Part shown: positions 54,205 to 64,000 of the stretch, in pieces | Position numbering within the stretch: the stretch's first letter is position 1 | Layout: each line of letters opens with the position of its first letter | NCBI GenBank assembly: GCA_051294375.1 | Contig: CM119264.1 | Span: forward strand, 10,763,832 to 10,827,831 | Length of the DNA stretch: 64,000 nt | Direction: 5' to 3' | Origin: Paraspadella gotoi | Lineage: Eukaryota > Animalia > Chaetognatha | Notes under the pieces: model-generated | Databases searched by the model: none | Seen by the model: only the letters and a program-made list of their open reading frames with translations | Told to the model about the DNA's origin: nothing | Position numbers and translations under genes: made by a program

Positions 54205-54795
54205 TTAAAGTGACATTAGACCAGTTCCACTGTCGACTTTAGAAATACTGGAATAAGGAGGAGGCGGCGAAATGGAATCATAAGGAGGAGGATCGACGCC
54301 GGAAACGCGTTCACCGGACGACGCCGCTGCCGAGAAAGCATCGGACGCCGCGTCGGAAACTGGGACGAAAAAGACGCCGCGATGAGTCCAGGCTTCGCCG
54401 CAGACGTCGTCGTACGGCGGCGGCATCTCGTCGTCGTCCTCGTCGACTTCTTCGACATCATCGTCCGCGCCAGTGCTGCCAGGCAAAGGCGTTCGGAAGC
54501 TGCAGGAACGCGAAGTTGCGTTCAACGAGGACACAGTCCCGCTGAGTGTAGAGAGGGTGCTGTTACGAGGCCACGTGGACGCCAAGCCGGAAGTCAGCGA
54601 TGAGGCTCTACTACCGTTGCAGCTGAGCGTCTCGTCGGTGGAGGCGCGGGCACCGTTCACGCAGCCCTGCGCGAGGCTTTCGCCGATCTTAACCGAGCCC
54701 TTCATCCTCCAAACCAAGTACAAGAAACAGCCTATGCAGAGAAACAGCACAATGGCGGCGCTAATCACAGAAAACAGGAGGATGTCGAAGTTCAT
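54205..54795 (-). CDS. PY-cluster gene 5: single-pass membrane protein, 196 aa, three PPPY motifs
   Basis: TM ILLFSVISAAIVLFLCIGCFLYLVW; Ser/Thr-rich linker; acidic stretch; MPPPYDDV..GVFFVPV..DPPPYDSISPPPPYSSI. Confidence 0.9.
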   Translation of the reverse strand: MNFDILLFSVISAAIVLFLCIGCFLYLVWRMKGSVKIGESLAQGCVNGARASTDETLSCNGSRASSLTSGLASTWPRNSTLSTLSGTVSSLNATSRSCSFRTPLPGSTGADDDVEEVDEDDDEMPPPYDDVCGEAWTHRGVFFVPVSDAASDAFSAAASSGERVSGVDPPPYDSISPPPPYSSISKVDSGTGLMSL

Positions 54796-55467
54796 CGTGG
54801 AAGATGAAAAGGAATGACTCGATCTTTCCTTGACAGACTGACCATCACTTAGACGTGGCTCATCGATCGTCTTTACGAAGTCCTTTGTTTTTTCCTCCGG
54901 TTGCTATATTAATGCCCTTATATTTGGGGAAACTAAAAGAAAGAAAAAAACAATTGACAAAAACAAAAGGTACATCAAAATGAGTTGAAAATTAAATCAC
55001 AGATCTTGTTATAAACCGTAGGCTTTATTATACAAACTTTTCATATACGAGGTTGGTCAAGATTTATACAGTTATATTGCAAAATTTTTGACCATAGCAG
55101 AAGAACTTGAATTCTATTCAATATAATCGTTAAAATAATTTATGTGTACATAAGGTAACAAAAATCAGATTGACTGTTTCGAGATTTAGAGGCGAAGACA
55201 ATCGCGATGTCGGAGTTAAAAATTAAAATTACATCGGAACATAAAAATACTCAAGTTTAATCATCTGGCTCTCTTTTTTCTTAAAACTGCCTTAAAATTT
55301 TGAAGAGCTTTTGGAATGGCAACTCTCGGTGGAAATAAAAGTTTGTGAGAAAAGCTTCTCACAGATGTAGAGCCAATGGTGACAAGTGACAAATCTAACA
55401 AGTTGGAAGCGCAGCGGGGATATGACTGACGGTCCTGATGTTATCCATGATAAGTCAAAAATCGTTC

Positions 55468-56001
55468 TTAAAGTTTGTAGGGCGGCGGAGAAATCTCCTC
55501 GAAAGCGGAATCGGGAAATCGGGATAGAGAATCGTAAGGGGGCGGGGCTTCATCATCACGCCATTGGGCAGTGGTCGCAGGTACAACGAAGACCCCCGCT
55601 CCGTAACCAGAAAGTCTTTCGCTTCCTCCTCCTCCTCCGGCCTCTATTCTGCGAACGGCGTCGTAGGGCGGCGGAGTTAAAACAGGCGTTACCATCAGGG
55701 ACGAAACCGATTCCGGTTCCATGGCGGCGTTCGTGAAGCCCCCACGGCTACCGCCAACTCCAGGGCCGCCGCCTCGAAATGCGCCGCCCTCTCTCCTCGG
55801 CCGAGTCCCGAAGCGTCTGAGTCCCGCGGGTTGTGGCGGCCGCTCCGTCCGCAGACCCCGTCGGCGCCGAACGCCGCCCAAGGATGACCCGTGCCGACAC
55901 TGCCAAAAGTAGCAGGCGAAGCCAAAAGCGATGCCGACGAGGATGATGACGACGACGACGACGGCGATGATAGTGATGAGGCCCGAGAGGTTGGCGTCCA
56001 T
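55468..56001 (-). CDS. PY-cluster gene 6: single-pass membrane protein, 177 aa, three PPPY motifs
   Basis: NLS sequon, then TM LITIIAVVVVVIILVGIAFGFACYFW; TPPPYDAV..GVFVVPA..EAPPPYDSL..SPPPYKL*. Confidence 0.9.
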   Translation of the reverse strand: MDANLSGLITIIAVVVVVIILVGIAFGFACYFWQCRHGSSLGGVRRRRGLRTERPPQPAGLRRFGTRPRREGGAFRGGGPGVGGSRGGFTNAAMEPESVSSLMVTPVLTPPPYDAVRRIEAGGGGGSERLSGYGAGVFVVPATTAQWRDDEAPPPYDSLSRFPDSAFEEISPPPYKL

Positions 56002-56603
56002 ATCGATGGAACGGGGGGGGAAATTGACGTGATGGAAGGAATGGCGGAAAAGTTCGACAAAAGAAAAGAAAACGTTAAAGCGGAAGTGGCGAGAATTAAG
56101 AGCGAAGATGACCCGACGATTGTTAATTTTTTTTTTTTTTTTGCTGTTACAATTATTTGAAGATAAGCACCAATAGGTTTCCTTCTGTAAAATAAAATAT
56201 TATTGGACTGTATACAAAAAAATTTGAGTGGTTTTCAAGGTAACAATAACTCGGCCCTGTGTAATTATGTCAGTAAACATACATACTACAAAGTATGCAT
56301 TAAGGAAAGACGATGGACAATCAACGTTCAACAAAAAAAAACATCAGCAGTACTTTTACGTATCTTATTTTGGTATGAACAAACTTAAGATTGCCTTGTC
56401 GTGTCTCGGGTAAAAAGTTAAATAGATACCTATTACCTAAGTCTGTGTGCTTGTGCCTCGAATTCAGATATGAGAAAGTGCTTACGTGATGCTCCTACTA
56501 AAAGGACTATTGTAATAATCACCATAATCGTAATAAAATTTACGATACTATTAATAAAAAATTTCATTGTATTTAGCCTTTCTTTTTTTTTGTTTGTTTT
56601 AAA

Positions 56604-56674
56604 TTTAAGATAGACGAAAGTTTTTCGTGAAACAACAAGGAACCTCCTCACCAAAAACTTTCGTCTATCTTAAA
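56604..56674. other. 71-nt hairpin: perfect 22-bp stem plus 4 more bp, 17-nt loop
   Basis: TTTAAGATAGACGAAAGTTTTT (56604-56625) is the exact reverse complement of AAAAACTTTCGTCTATCTTAAA (56653-56674). GTGA/TCAC pairs after one mismatch. Confidence 0.85.
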
Positions 56675-56868
56675 ATAAAAGTTTTAGAAAAGATTATAGT
56701 CAACAAACCATTAACTTTTTTATAATTCTGTTTCGATCAAATACGAACTTACGAAGGAAAGACAAAGGGGGAAAAATATTTTCAAAAATTGTTCATGCTT
56801 TTATATTTATTATAAAAAATTAAAGGAGATCAAAGATAAATTGAGCAAATTTAGCATTTTTTACGACT

Positions 56869-57207
56869 CTAGGGTTTGTATGGCGGAGGCGGTGCGGTTA
56901 TGAACTCGTACGAGGGTGGCATTTCAACTGGCGCCGGCGTCACGCGAGCGCCACCTGAAATAACAAAGACACCGGCGTTGGTGACGTGGCCGATATCTTC
57001 ATAGGCAGGTGGCGCTCTCATCGTCCACTGGCCATTGCGAGCGATATTGCTGGAGGCTGGAGATCTGATGGGCTGTATCGTTCGCGGTGGACGAATTGCA
57101 TCTCCTTGGCATTTACGGGCGCAAATGGCTAAAAGGGAGATGCAGCCCATGCAGAACAAAACAAAAGCAATGCCTCCCAAAATTGCGTAGAAAAACATCA
57201 TTTCCAT
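56869..57207 (-). CDS. PY-cluster gene 7: single-pass membrane protein, 112 aa, PPAY/PPSY/PPPY
   Basis: TM FFYAILGGIAFVLFCMGCISLLAIC, then ARKC; APPAYEDI..GVFVISG..EMPPSYEFITAPPPPYKP*. Confidence 0.9.
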   Translation of the reverse strand: MEMMFFYAILGGIAFVLFCMGCISLLAICARKCQGDAIRPPRTIQPIRSPASSNIARNGQWTMRAPPAYEDIGHVTNAGVFVISGGARVTPAPVEMPPSYEFITAPPPPYKP

Positions 57208-57607
57208 TGTCCTGACTCCGCATGACTGGATATTCGCCGAGGAATTTCTATGAGGCGTCAGAGGAGTTTGAAACGCGTCATTATAAATATTGTTTAATTA
57301 TTGTTTTTACTAGCTTGGATTAAAGATGTTGTTATTGTTGTTGAAAGTCCATATATATCGCCTTGTGGTGAGAGTTTTATTAATACTGATTTTTCTTTGA
57401 ATATTTTTCTATAAGACAAAAAACATCGTTAAAAGTAATTTAACTAAATTCAAATGCGATGAATAAATATTTTAGCATGTAAACAAGCGCAACAGTTTAT
57501 ATAAGTTTATATAAGTAGTATCAACTATCACAATTTCCTCTTGAAGTAGTTCCCTCGCAATTTAATATACATTATATTGTAGGAAAAGAGATTCAGGCCC
57601 TTGCTAA

Positions 57608-57772
57608 GTGTTTAACATACGACAGCGATGTCTTTAATATATAATTGGCAATGACTGTGAATGATTTTTAACTATTGCAATGTCGCAATATTTAGAAATA
57701 TGGGGTAAGAATCAAAAATCACCGATTAGAGTTTGAGCAGTGAGCTAAGTGCAAGTAAAATATCACAAATTC
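57608..57772 (+). repeat. Segment duplicated at 63836-64000 (runs off the window end)
   Basis: GTGTTTAACATACGACAGCGATGTC...AAAATATCACAAATT is near-identical at both positions. Confidence 0.92.
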
Positions 57773-58016
57773 TGATTCGGCTTGTTATAAACAATGTGAA
57801 TAAGTTAGATAATGTAAATCAATGCTTGTGTAAAGCAAACAAACAAAGTAGTTTTCCAAATACCAGGCGTGTCATTCATTTTTTTTAGGTTAGTAAACAA
57901 TCACCTATAAAGAAAAGTTTTATATGAGATGTTTAATATTTTATCCCGTTTTGCAAGAGATAAGGGTATTAAACTTTACAGTTTTAAATTTTTTATTTTA
58001 ATCTTAATTTTAATTT

Positions 58017-58877
58017 TTATCCCACGATTTTGTCATCGGCCGCCGTCGACGCGGATGCCAAACTTTCATAGGGCGGCGGGGCTTCCCCAGTGGCAGGTAA
58101 CGCCTCCCCTGGAATCGGAATCACGAAGACCCCTGGATTAACGGCCCCCGCCGCGCAGGCCGCCTCGTATGAAGGCGGAGACAACACCGGCCAATGGTTT
58201 CCAATCCCTTCGGACGCGACGGGCAGCTGGAATTGATGGGTGTTGGGCTGCTGAAAGAGCTGTGGAACGGGCTGCGCGTTGGGCTGGACTATCGTCTGCG
58301 GAAATGATTCGACGACGGGCTGCACGAACGATCTCCTCCTGGCGACAGACCCGCCCGCCGCGCCGCGCCGTGCCGCACCGCGCCGTGCCGCACCGCGACG
58401 CCTTCGTCGTTCGTACTTCAAATAGCAGGCGGTGCTGAGAGAGACGGCGACGAGAATGAGGACGATGATGACGGTGAGAACGACGGGACTCACTCCGAGA
58501 TTGTCGCTCCAATGTTGACCTTGAAGTTCTCCCGGAGACCGAGTCGTCGTGGAAAATGGATTCCACGGCTTCGTCGACGTCGCCCACCAAGGAGTGTCAG
58601 TCGAGGGGGACGGCCTTGGAGACCAAGAGGCCCATGGGGACCAGGTGGAATGCGGGAACATCGACGAAGAAGCCAGAAGCTCTTGGTAGGCGTTGTTGAC
58701 GGCGACTTCGCCATAGACATTCTCCAATGTCTTGAGTTGGCTCACTTTGCATCGCGGCTCGTAGTAGGCGCCGTTGACGGAGCAGTTGGTCAAGACGCGC
58801 CAAATGTCGAGGGCGGACAAAGGCGAAAGGCTCCAAGGGAATTGAGGGGAATCGGAAGTGAGAGTCGGAAGTTGCAT
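58017..58877 (-). CDS. PY-cluster gene 8: single-pass membrane protein with ~130-aa ectodomain, 286 aa from the first ATG
   Basis: Ectodomain with an NCS sequon, two Cys, WSPWASW and a Thr/Ser/Pro stalk; TM VVLTVIIVLILVAVSLSTAC; ERRRRR(GAARR)n; SPPSYEAA..GVFVIPI..EAPPPYESL. The true start may lie in an upstream exon. Confidence 0.88.
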   Translation of the reverse strand: MQLPTLTSDSPQFPWSLSPLSALDIWRVLTNCSVNGAYYEPRCKVSQLKTLENVYGEVAVNNAYQELLASSSMFPHSTWSPWASWSPRPSPSTDTPWWATSTKPWNPFSTTTRSPGELQGQHWSDNLGVSPVVLTVIIVLILVAVSLSTACYLKYERRRRRGAARRGAARRGAAGGSVARRRSFVQPVVESFPQTIVQPNAQPVPQLFQQPNTHQFQLPVASEGIGNHWPVLSPPSYEAACAAGAVNPGVFVIPIPGEALPATGEAPPPYESLASASTAADDKIVG

Positions 58878-59739
58878 TGCAACGGTTGAATAAGGAAATA
58901 AAATTCGGAAGCCCAATTTTAAATTAAATTTTAAAAGTGATATAAACAGAAGTTGATTTCGTAGGTTTAAATGCAGAAGTGATATGCACAAATGAAATTT
59001 GTAATTGATGAGATCGACGAACGAGGAGACCAGCAACAAATTTGTGGAGTTGGAAGGCAAAACTTATGCGTCGTTTTTTAGATTAAGTTCGCTTTAGAGT
59101 TTCTACAAGTTTACATTTATATTTTTCTACGTCTACAGTTGACAGAAACGAAGACTGCTTCAGAATCAGTTATGTTTTTATTTCCTTGTTTCGCCTCTGA
59201 GCAATCTGGAAAAGACTCCCTGAAAGCAATGGATTATATGGGTTATGTTTAAAAGTTTAAATCTTTTATTTCTTGTTTTATAAATGGCGCCCGTGTTAAA
59301 CCTTCGTTTACGTGACACAAGAAGTCATGCGTATCTTTATTAAAACGACCAAAATAATCGAAGAAATCAGGTTTTCTTCAACACCTTGTCTCCGCAGCGG
59401 GCGCATCAGCCAGGGCAGGATTACGCCGCTGCGACGACGTAACCAGAGTAAGTTTAAAAGAAAATCCCCCTCGTTGGTGATTCAGAGGCATCGACGGCGG
59501 CGGCTCCTGATGGGGCGGCTGCGTGGGCAGCAGCCGCGGTTACCTTACTTACGTCAAATCAAAACAGGTAGGGACTTGCTGCGCTGCGGGGAATTCGCGG
59601 ATATATAAGGAGACGGAGGGAACAATGAGGCTGCTGAGTACCATAGAATGATACTTAAAGGAAAAAAATGATTGTACATGGGGTAAAAAAATATAAATAG
59701 AATGATTATTATAAATAAGTGAACCGGATATGAAAATGA

Positions 59740-59788
59740 AGAGAATAAAAGAATAAAAGAATAAAAGAATAAAATAAAGAAAGAAAGA

Positions 59789-59845
<57 letters not shown>

Positions 59846-59868
59846 AAAAAGAAAGAAAGAAAGAAAAA

Positions 59869-59920
<52 letters not shown>

Positions 59921-59970
59921 AAAAATAAAGAAAGATAGAAAGAAAAAAAAAGAAAAAAGAAAGAAAAAAA
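59740..59970. repeat. (AAAG)n / (GAATAAAA)n compound microsatellite
   Basis: Direct reading. Confidence 0.93.
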
Positions 59971-60344
59971 TAATTTAGCATTGAAACTTTACCGAAACTT
60001 ATTATGATTTTTATTTGATTACAATATTTTTGTATTAACATTGCAAATCCTCGCATTCTGAGACAGTATACTCCTGGTTCGAACTCCGTGGACCTTCCCA
60101 GGCCTCCCTAATCGCCCTCCACAACCAAATCGCCTTTCACGACCGCCTCAACCCCACGAACTCACTCGCTCGGCTTCGTTTGATCAAAAGTGATCCTTGT
60201 TGATCCTTCGAGGGGTTAATGATGTGAGCGGAAGTCGGATCTCAATCGGGAGCGACGAGTCTTAATCTCCTTCTAGTTCTACTCACGTTTCGAAAAAAAA
60301 CAAGAACGGGACTTCAAATGTCTTGCGCCGCGGTGACTGCCTTA

Positions 60345-60545
60345 TCACGTGTATTTCTCGTGATATTACATCACATGACGTTACATGACACGACATGATG
60401 TGATATGACATGACTAAATGACTACAATAACTTTCTTACCCCGTTTATTTATGACACGCACTGCATCGGAATTCTGTATTTTATTCTTTAGTTTTAGGAT
60501 TTCCTGAAGGCGGCGCTAGCAATCCCTTATATTTGAAGTTTTTTC
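60345..60545 (+). repeat. Copy of the ~190 bp interspersed repeat seen at 23100-23285
   Basis: Shared motifs as listed for 23100-23285. Confidence 0.7.
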
Positions 60546-62890
60546 CTGTTTTGCAAGAGATTTCTGTATGGGGTGGAGCGCCGAAGAAGAGTGATGGTTA
60601 ATGACGAAAAATCTCGTTTCCATGCAAGAACGACTATAGTATTGTCTTACAACCGAATTACAGAATGTTTTTACTAAATAAAGCTTTAGTATTCTTCAGC
60701 ATTGAATATTTTCATCCAAGCTATTGCAACCATAGTATAGTCTTGTATAGTATAGTCAAGTATAGAATTACCAGAACAAGTGGACAAAATTTAGCAAAAA
60801 TTTGATGAATGCATGCAATTTGCCAAAGTTTTTGAGCGCAGTATGTCAAACTGGAAGTCGACACGAAAAAATCTAAACTTGCTCTCGAGGGACGCGTTCT
60901 CAAATTTCAAAACCGAAAATGATGTTGGAGTGAATTTTAAATCCTTGGACCTTGCATAAATTTGAAGTTATTAATAGTTAAAATGGAATTGATTTCAATT
61001 CAACGAACACGCACTAATTTGATTAAAAAAAAGAATATCGAGCAATTTGATCAGATCTGACTGACAGCTGTGACAACTCTTGATTTATTATTTTCAAAAT
61101 TTTTTGTCTTTCGAACGTTAAAATAGATTTTGTGCCCTTTTTTTGTTATTTTTATGAAATTTCACTAAACCTCTTTCAATCTTTTTTGACGAAATTCTCT
61201 GGCGTTCCCTTTTGTTTTTTGTTTTTTTCTTTTTTTTCTCATTCTCTTCCGTCCGCTCGGTTTCACTTTTCCTTCCGTCAGTTTTTTTTTTCCATAACGA
61301 CGTTAGGATGCTCTTTTGTTCTCGAACTTCTCCTTTCCATCCATACTTTAGCGCCACCTTCGACGACCCCGAGTCTGCGGCAACGCATCCGACCCCGCGC
61401 CTCCGATCGCTTTTCTTCTCCGTTCCTAACAGCAGAGACACCCTCATTCGCTCCATTACAGAGTTTGTCGTTCCCAATTCTGGGTTTCCTTTCACCATCA
61501 CTTCTTCCACCAACTCCCCCTTCAACAGCAACCATCTTTTCCTCCACCTCCCGCCTCTCGATGCTGGCGTCGTCTTGACCTTTTCCGAAATAACGCGCGC
61601 TTATTAACTTGGCTTTATAGGGCAGAGAGCGACCTCGCTCTTGGGCCTGCCTCGTCCATAACGAGAAAGAGAGANNNNNNNNNNNNNNNNNNNNNNNNNN
61701 NNNNNNNNNNNNNNNNNNNNNNNNNNNNNNNNNNNNNNNNNNNNNNNNNNNNNNNNNNNNNNNNNNNNNNNNNNNNNNNNNNNNNNNNNNNNNNNNNNNN
61801 NNNNNNNNNNNNNNNNNNNNNNNNNNNNNNNNNNNNNNNNNNNNNNNNNNNNNNNNNNNNNNNNNNNNNNNNNNNNNNNNNNNNNNNNNNNNNNNNNNNN
61901 NNNNNNNNNNNNNNNNNNNGAGAGAGAGAGAGAGAGATCGGGCGCAAAAACGTTTAACCATCAGGCATCACGCGTAAATAAACAAAAACTTAAATAAGAA
62001 CAATGAGTGAGAAACATTTATTGTGAAAGAAAGGGAAATAACAAGACAAACCGGCGCGATTTAACCTACTACCACTACAGAAAACCATCACTAGCGTTAC
62101 TGCCACTACCACCACCGGTGCCGCCCATTACGAGAAAAGACGAGGACAGAAGCAGATTCAATGCACTTCCGGTTTTATTACCGACGCTTTAATGCGCGTG
62201 CGCGTAATNNNNNNNNNNAAGGAAAAAAAGAAAAAAAATAGAAAAAAATACAACGACCGTAAGAAAGAAAGAGAAAATTCCCCGAGAGAGAAAAGACAGA
62301 GACTCTGAGATGAAGCTGAAAAGAGAAAGAGAACCTGTCTTTCTTTTTTCCCGGTTTTTCCGCAGGAGCGAAAGCTCACTTCCCGATGGAACGCATAGAT
62401 AAAAACGATTCCGGATATGAGACAAGAGTGGACGTTTGCGTGGAAATATAAAGAGAGAAAATGCAATGTGGGGAGCTATGAGTGGTGGAGGGACGACGAA
62501 AGTCGAAGTGAAGCGATGTGGGTTCAATTTCAATGGGACAGAGTCATTCTTTGGATGACGTGGAGCGAGGTGGGGACAGGGAAGTCCAAGGAGCGCGAGA
62601 CCGAGATCGAATCTATTCTTGGCCCAGGCTCAGGTGAGCAACCCGCGTCACTCATCGCTGAAGTTTTCTACCGAGGCTCTCGCCTCATTTGTCTCCGCGC
62701 TGCGGCACTTCGTGCTCTTTTTAACGATATCTATCTTCTATTGTGCATGTATGTTCGAATTAGTATTTAAATTAATTCGAGTTCCAAGTACGACTGAGAA
62801 TTTTTTTTTTCTCAATTCTGAACCGTCTGACATTTTCATTTAATCGCCGCGATTTTAATCTTTTCCATTGTCCCTCCCTCCCTCCCTCCC

Positions 62891-62963
<73 letters not shown>

Positions 62964-63075
62964 TTTCTTTAAATTCGAAGTTTTCAATCCAAATCTTTTA
63001 AACCCATTCCAAATCTGCAAACACGTCCACAAGTATCGCGTGTGACCTCTCTCGTCAAGTGCACGCAATATTCTC

Positions 63076-63126
<51 letters not shown>

Positions 63127-63127
63127 T

Positions 63128-63178
<51 letters not shown>

Positions 63179-63675
63179 TCCCCCAACAACCTCTGATCTC
63201 TCTCACTTCCCTTCCTTCCAGAGCACCCAGGGGAAACTCGGAGAATTTAATTAAATTTCGGTCTCGGAATTTCCCTTCGGCTTCTTTCGTTTCCGGACTT
63301 CCGGTGGCACTTCCGGTTGGCGGAGGGCGTGGCCCTGAGACGGCGTCTACGGTAGGGACGACGACGACCAATGGGGATAAAATCGATTTGAAAAAAAAAA
63401 TTTAAATGCGAAAATTTTTACAATTTCATTCGTTTTATTTTTTCATGCGACCTGCGCGAAGATTTAGCCTTTCCGGCTGAACCAACAGAAATGTCTTTTC
63501 TCTGAAACTATCTTGTTTTAATCGTTGAAATTGCAACGTCTCAGTACACAGTTACACTATCTAATTGTGGGTACGGATTTGGGAAGATTGCCTGTCATCC
63601 TTTGAAAATGACGATGAAGACGGCGACGACGACGGCGACGACGACGACGACAACGATGAAGACGACGACGACTCA

Positions 63676-63835
63676 CCTTGGCGTCAAGGCAACCGAAACA
63701 AATTAGGCCGATCACCACAGAAAAGGAGGAACGGAGAAGATTTCCCGGGGAACGACAATTATAAAATGGAAATGCGTTTTCACGATTCGAGGATTTCACG
63801 ATCGGGTCGGTGCACGTTGGAGCGTCGCAGAAGCC
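63676..63835 (-). CDS. Possible exon encoding a Cys-containing loop and a hydrophobic segment (GFCDAPTCTDPIVK...VVIGLICFGCLDAK)
   Basis: Ends in a consensus AAG|GTGAGT donor. Cut at its 5' side by the duplicated segment starting at 63836. Family not established. Confidence 0.3.
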
Positions 63836-64000
63836 GTGTTTAACATACGACAGCGATGTCTTTAATATATAATTGGCAATGACTGTGAATGATTTTTACA
63901 CTATTGCAATGTCGCAATATTTAGAAATATGGGGTAAGAATCAAAAATCACCGATTAGAGTTTGAGCAGTGAGCTAAGTGCAAGTAAAATATCACAAATT

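Noticed and set aside
58878-59060. N-terminal 61 aa of the 347-aa ORF
   Set aside because: Starts at TTG and is AT-rich and intron-like. The first ATG is at 58877.
61118-61607. Overlapping ORFs on both strands near 61.1-61.6 kb
   Set aside because: No recognisable motif or clear splice pair, so a CDS call cannot be supported.

Overview
Eukaryotic (probably invertebrate animal) genomic DNA from a draft assembly. It is rich in AG, AAAG and GAC microsatellites, has several N gaps, and carries indel errors typical of long reads. Most ORF-track entries in the first 40 kb are translations of simple repeats. The gene-rich part is 41-59 kb, all on the minus strand. It holds a five-exon proteolipid-family (M6/PLP/DM20-like) tetraspan gene with a long Pro-rich N-terminus, and a tandem cluster of about eight small single-pass membrane-protein genes whose cytoplasmic tails carry PPxY (PY) motifs. 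Five of these share the tail signature PPxY[DE]..(G/D)VF[VF][IV]..PPxY[DE]x[LI]. This looks like a lineage-specific expansion of Nedd4/WW-domain adaptors (Commissureless/WBP1/VOPP1/TMEM92-like architecture) and is the most interesting feature. Also present: a ~2.6 kb non-autonomous DIRS-type element (inverted terminal repeats plus an internal complementary region), a degenerate Ty3/Gypsy pol inside an M6 intron, a ~33-bp minisatellite, and several kb-scale duplications beside 25-N gaps that are probably gap-filling artefacts. All family assignments come from motif recognition, not database searches.
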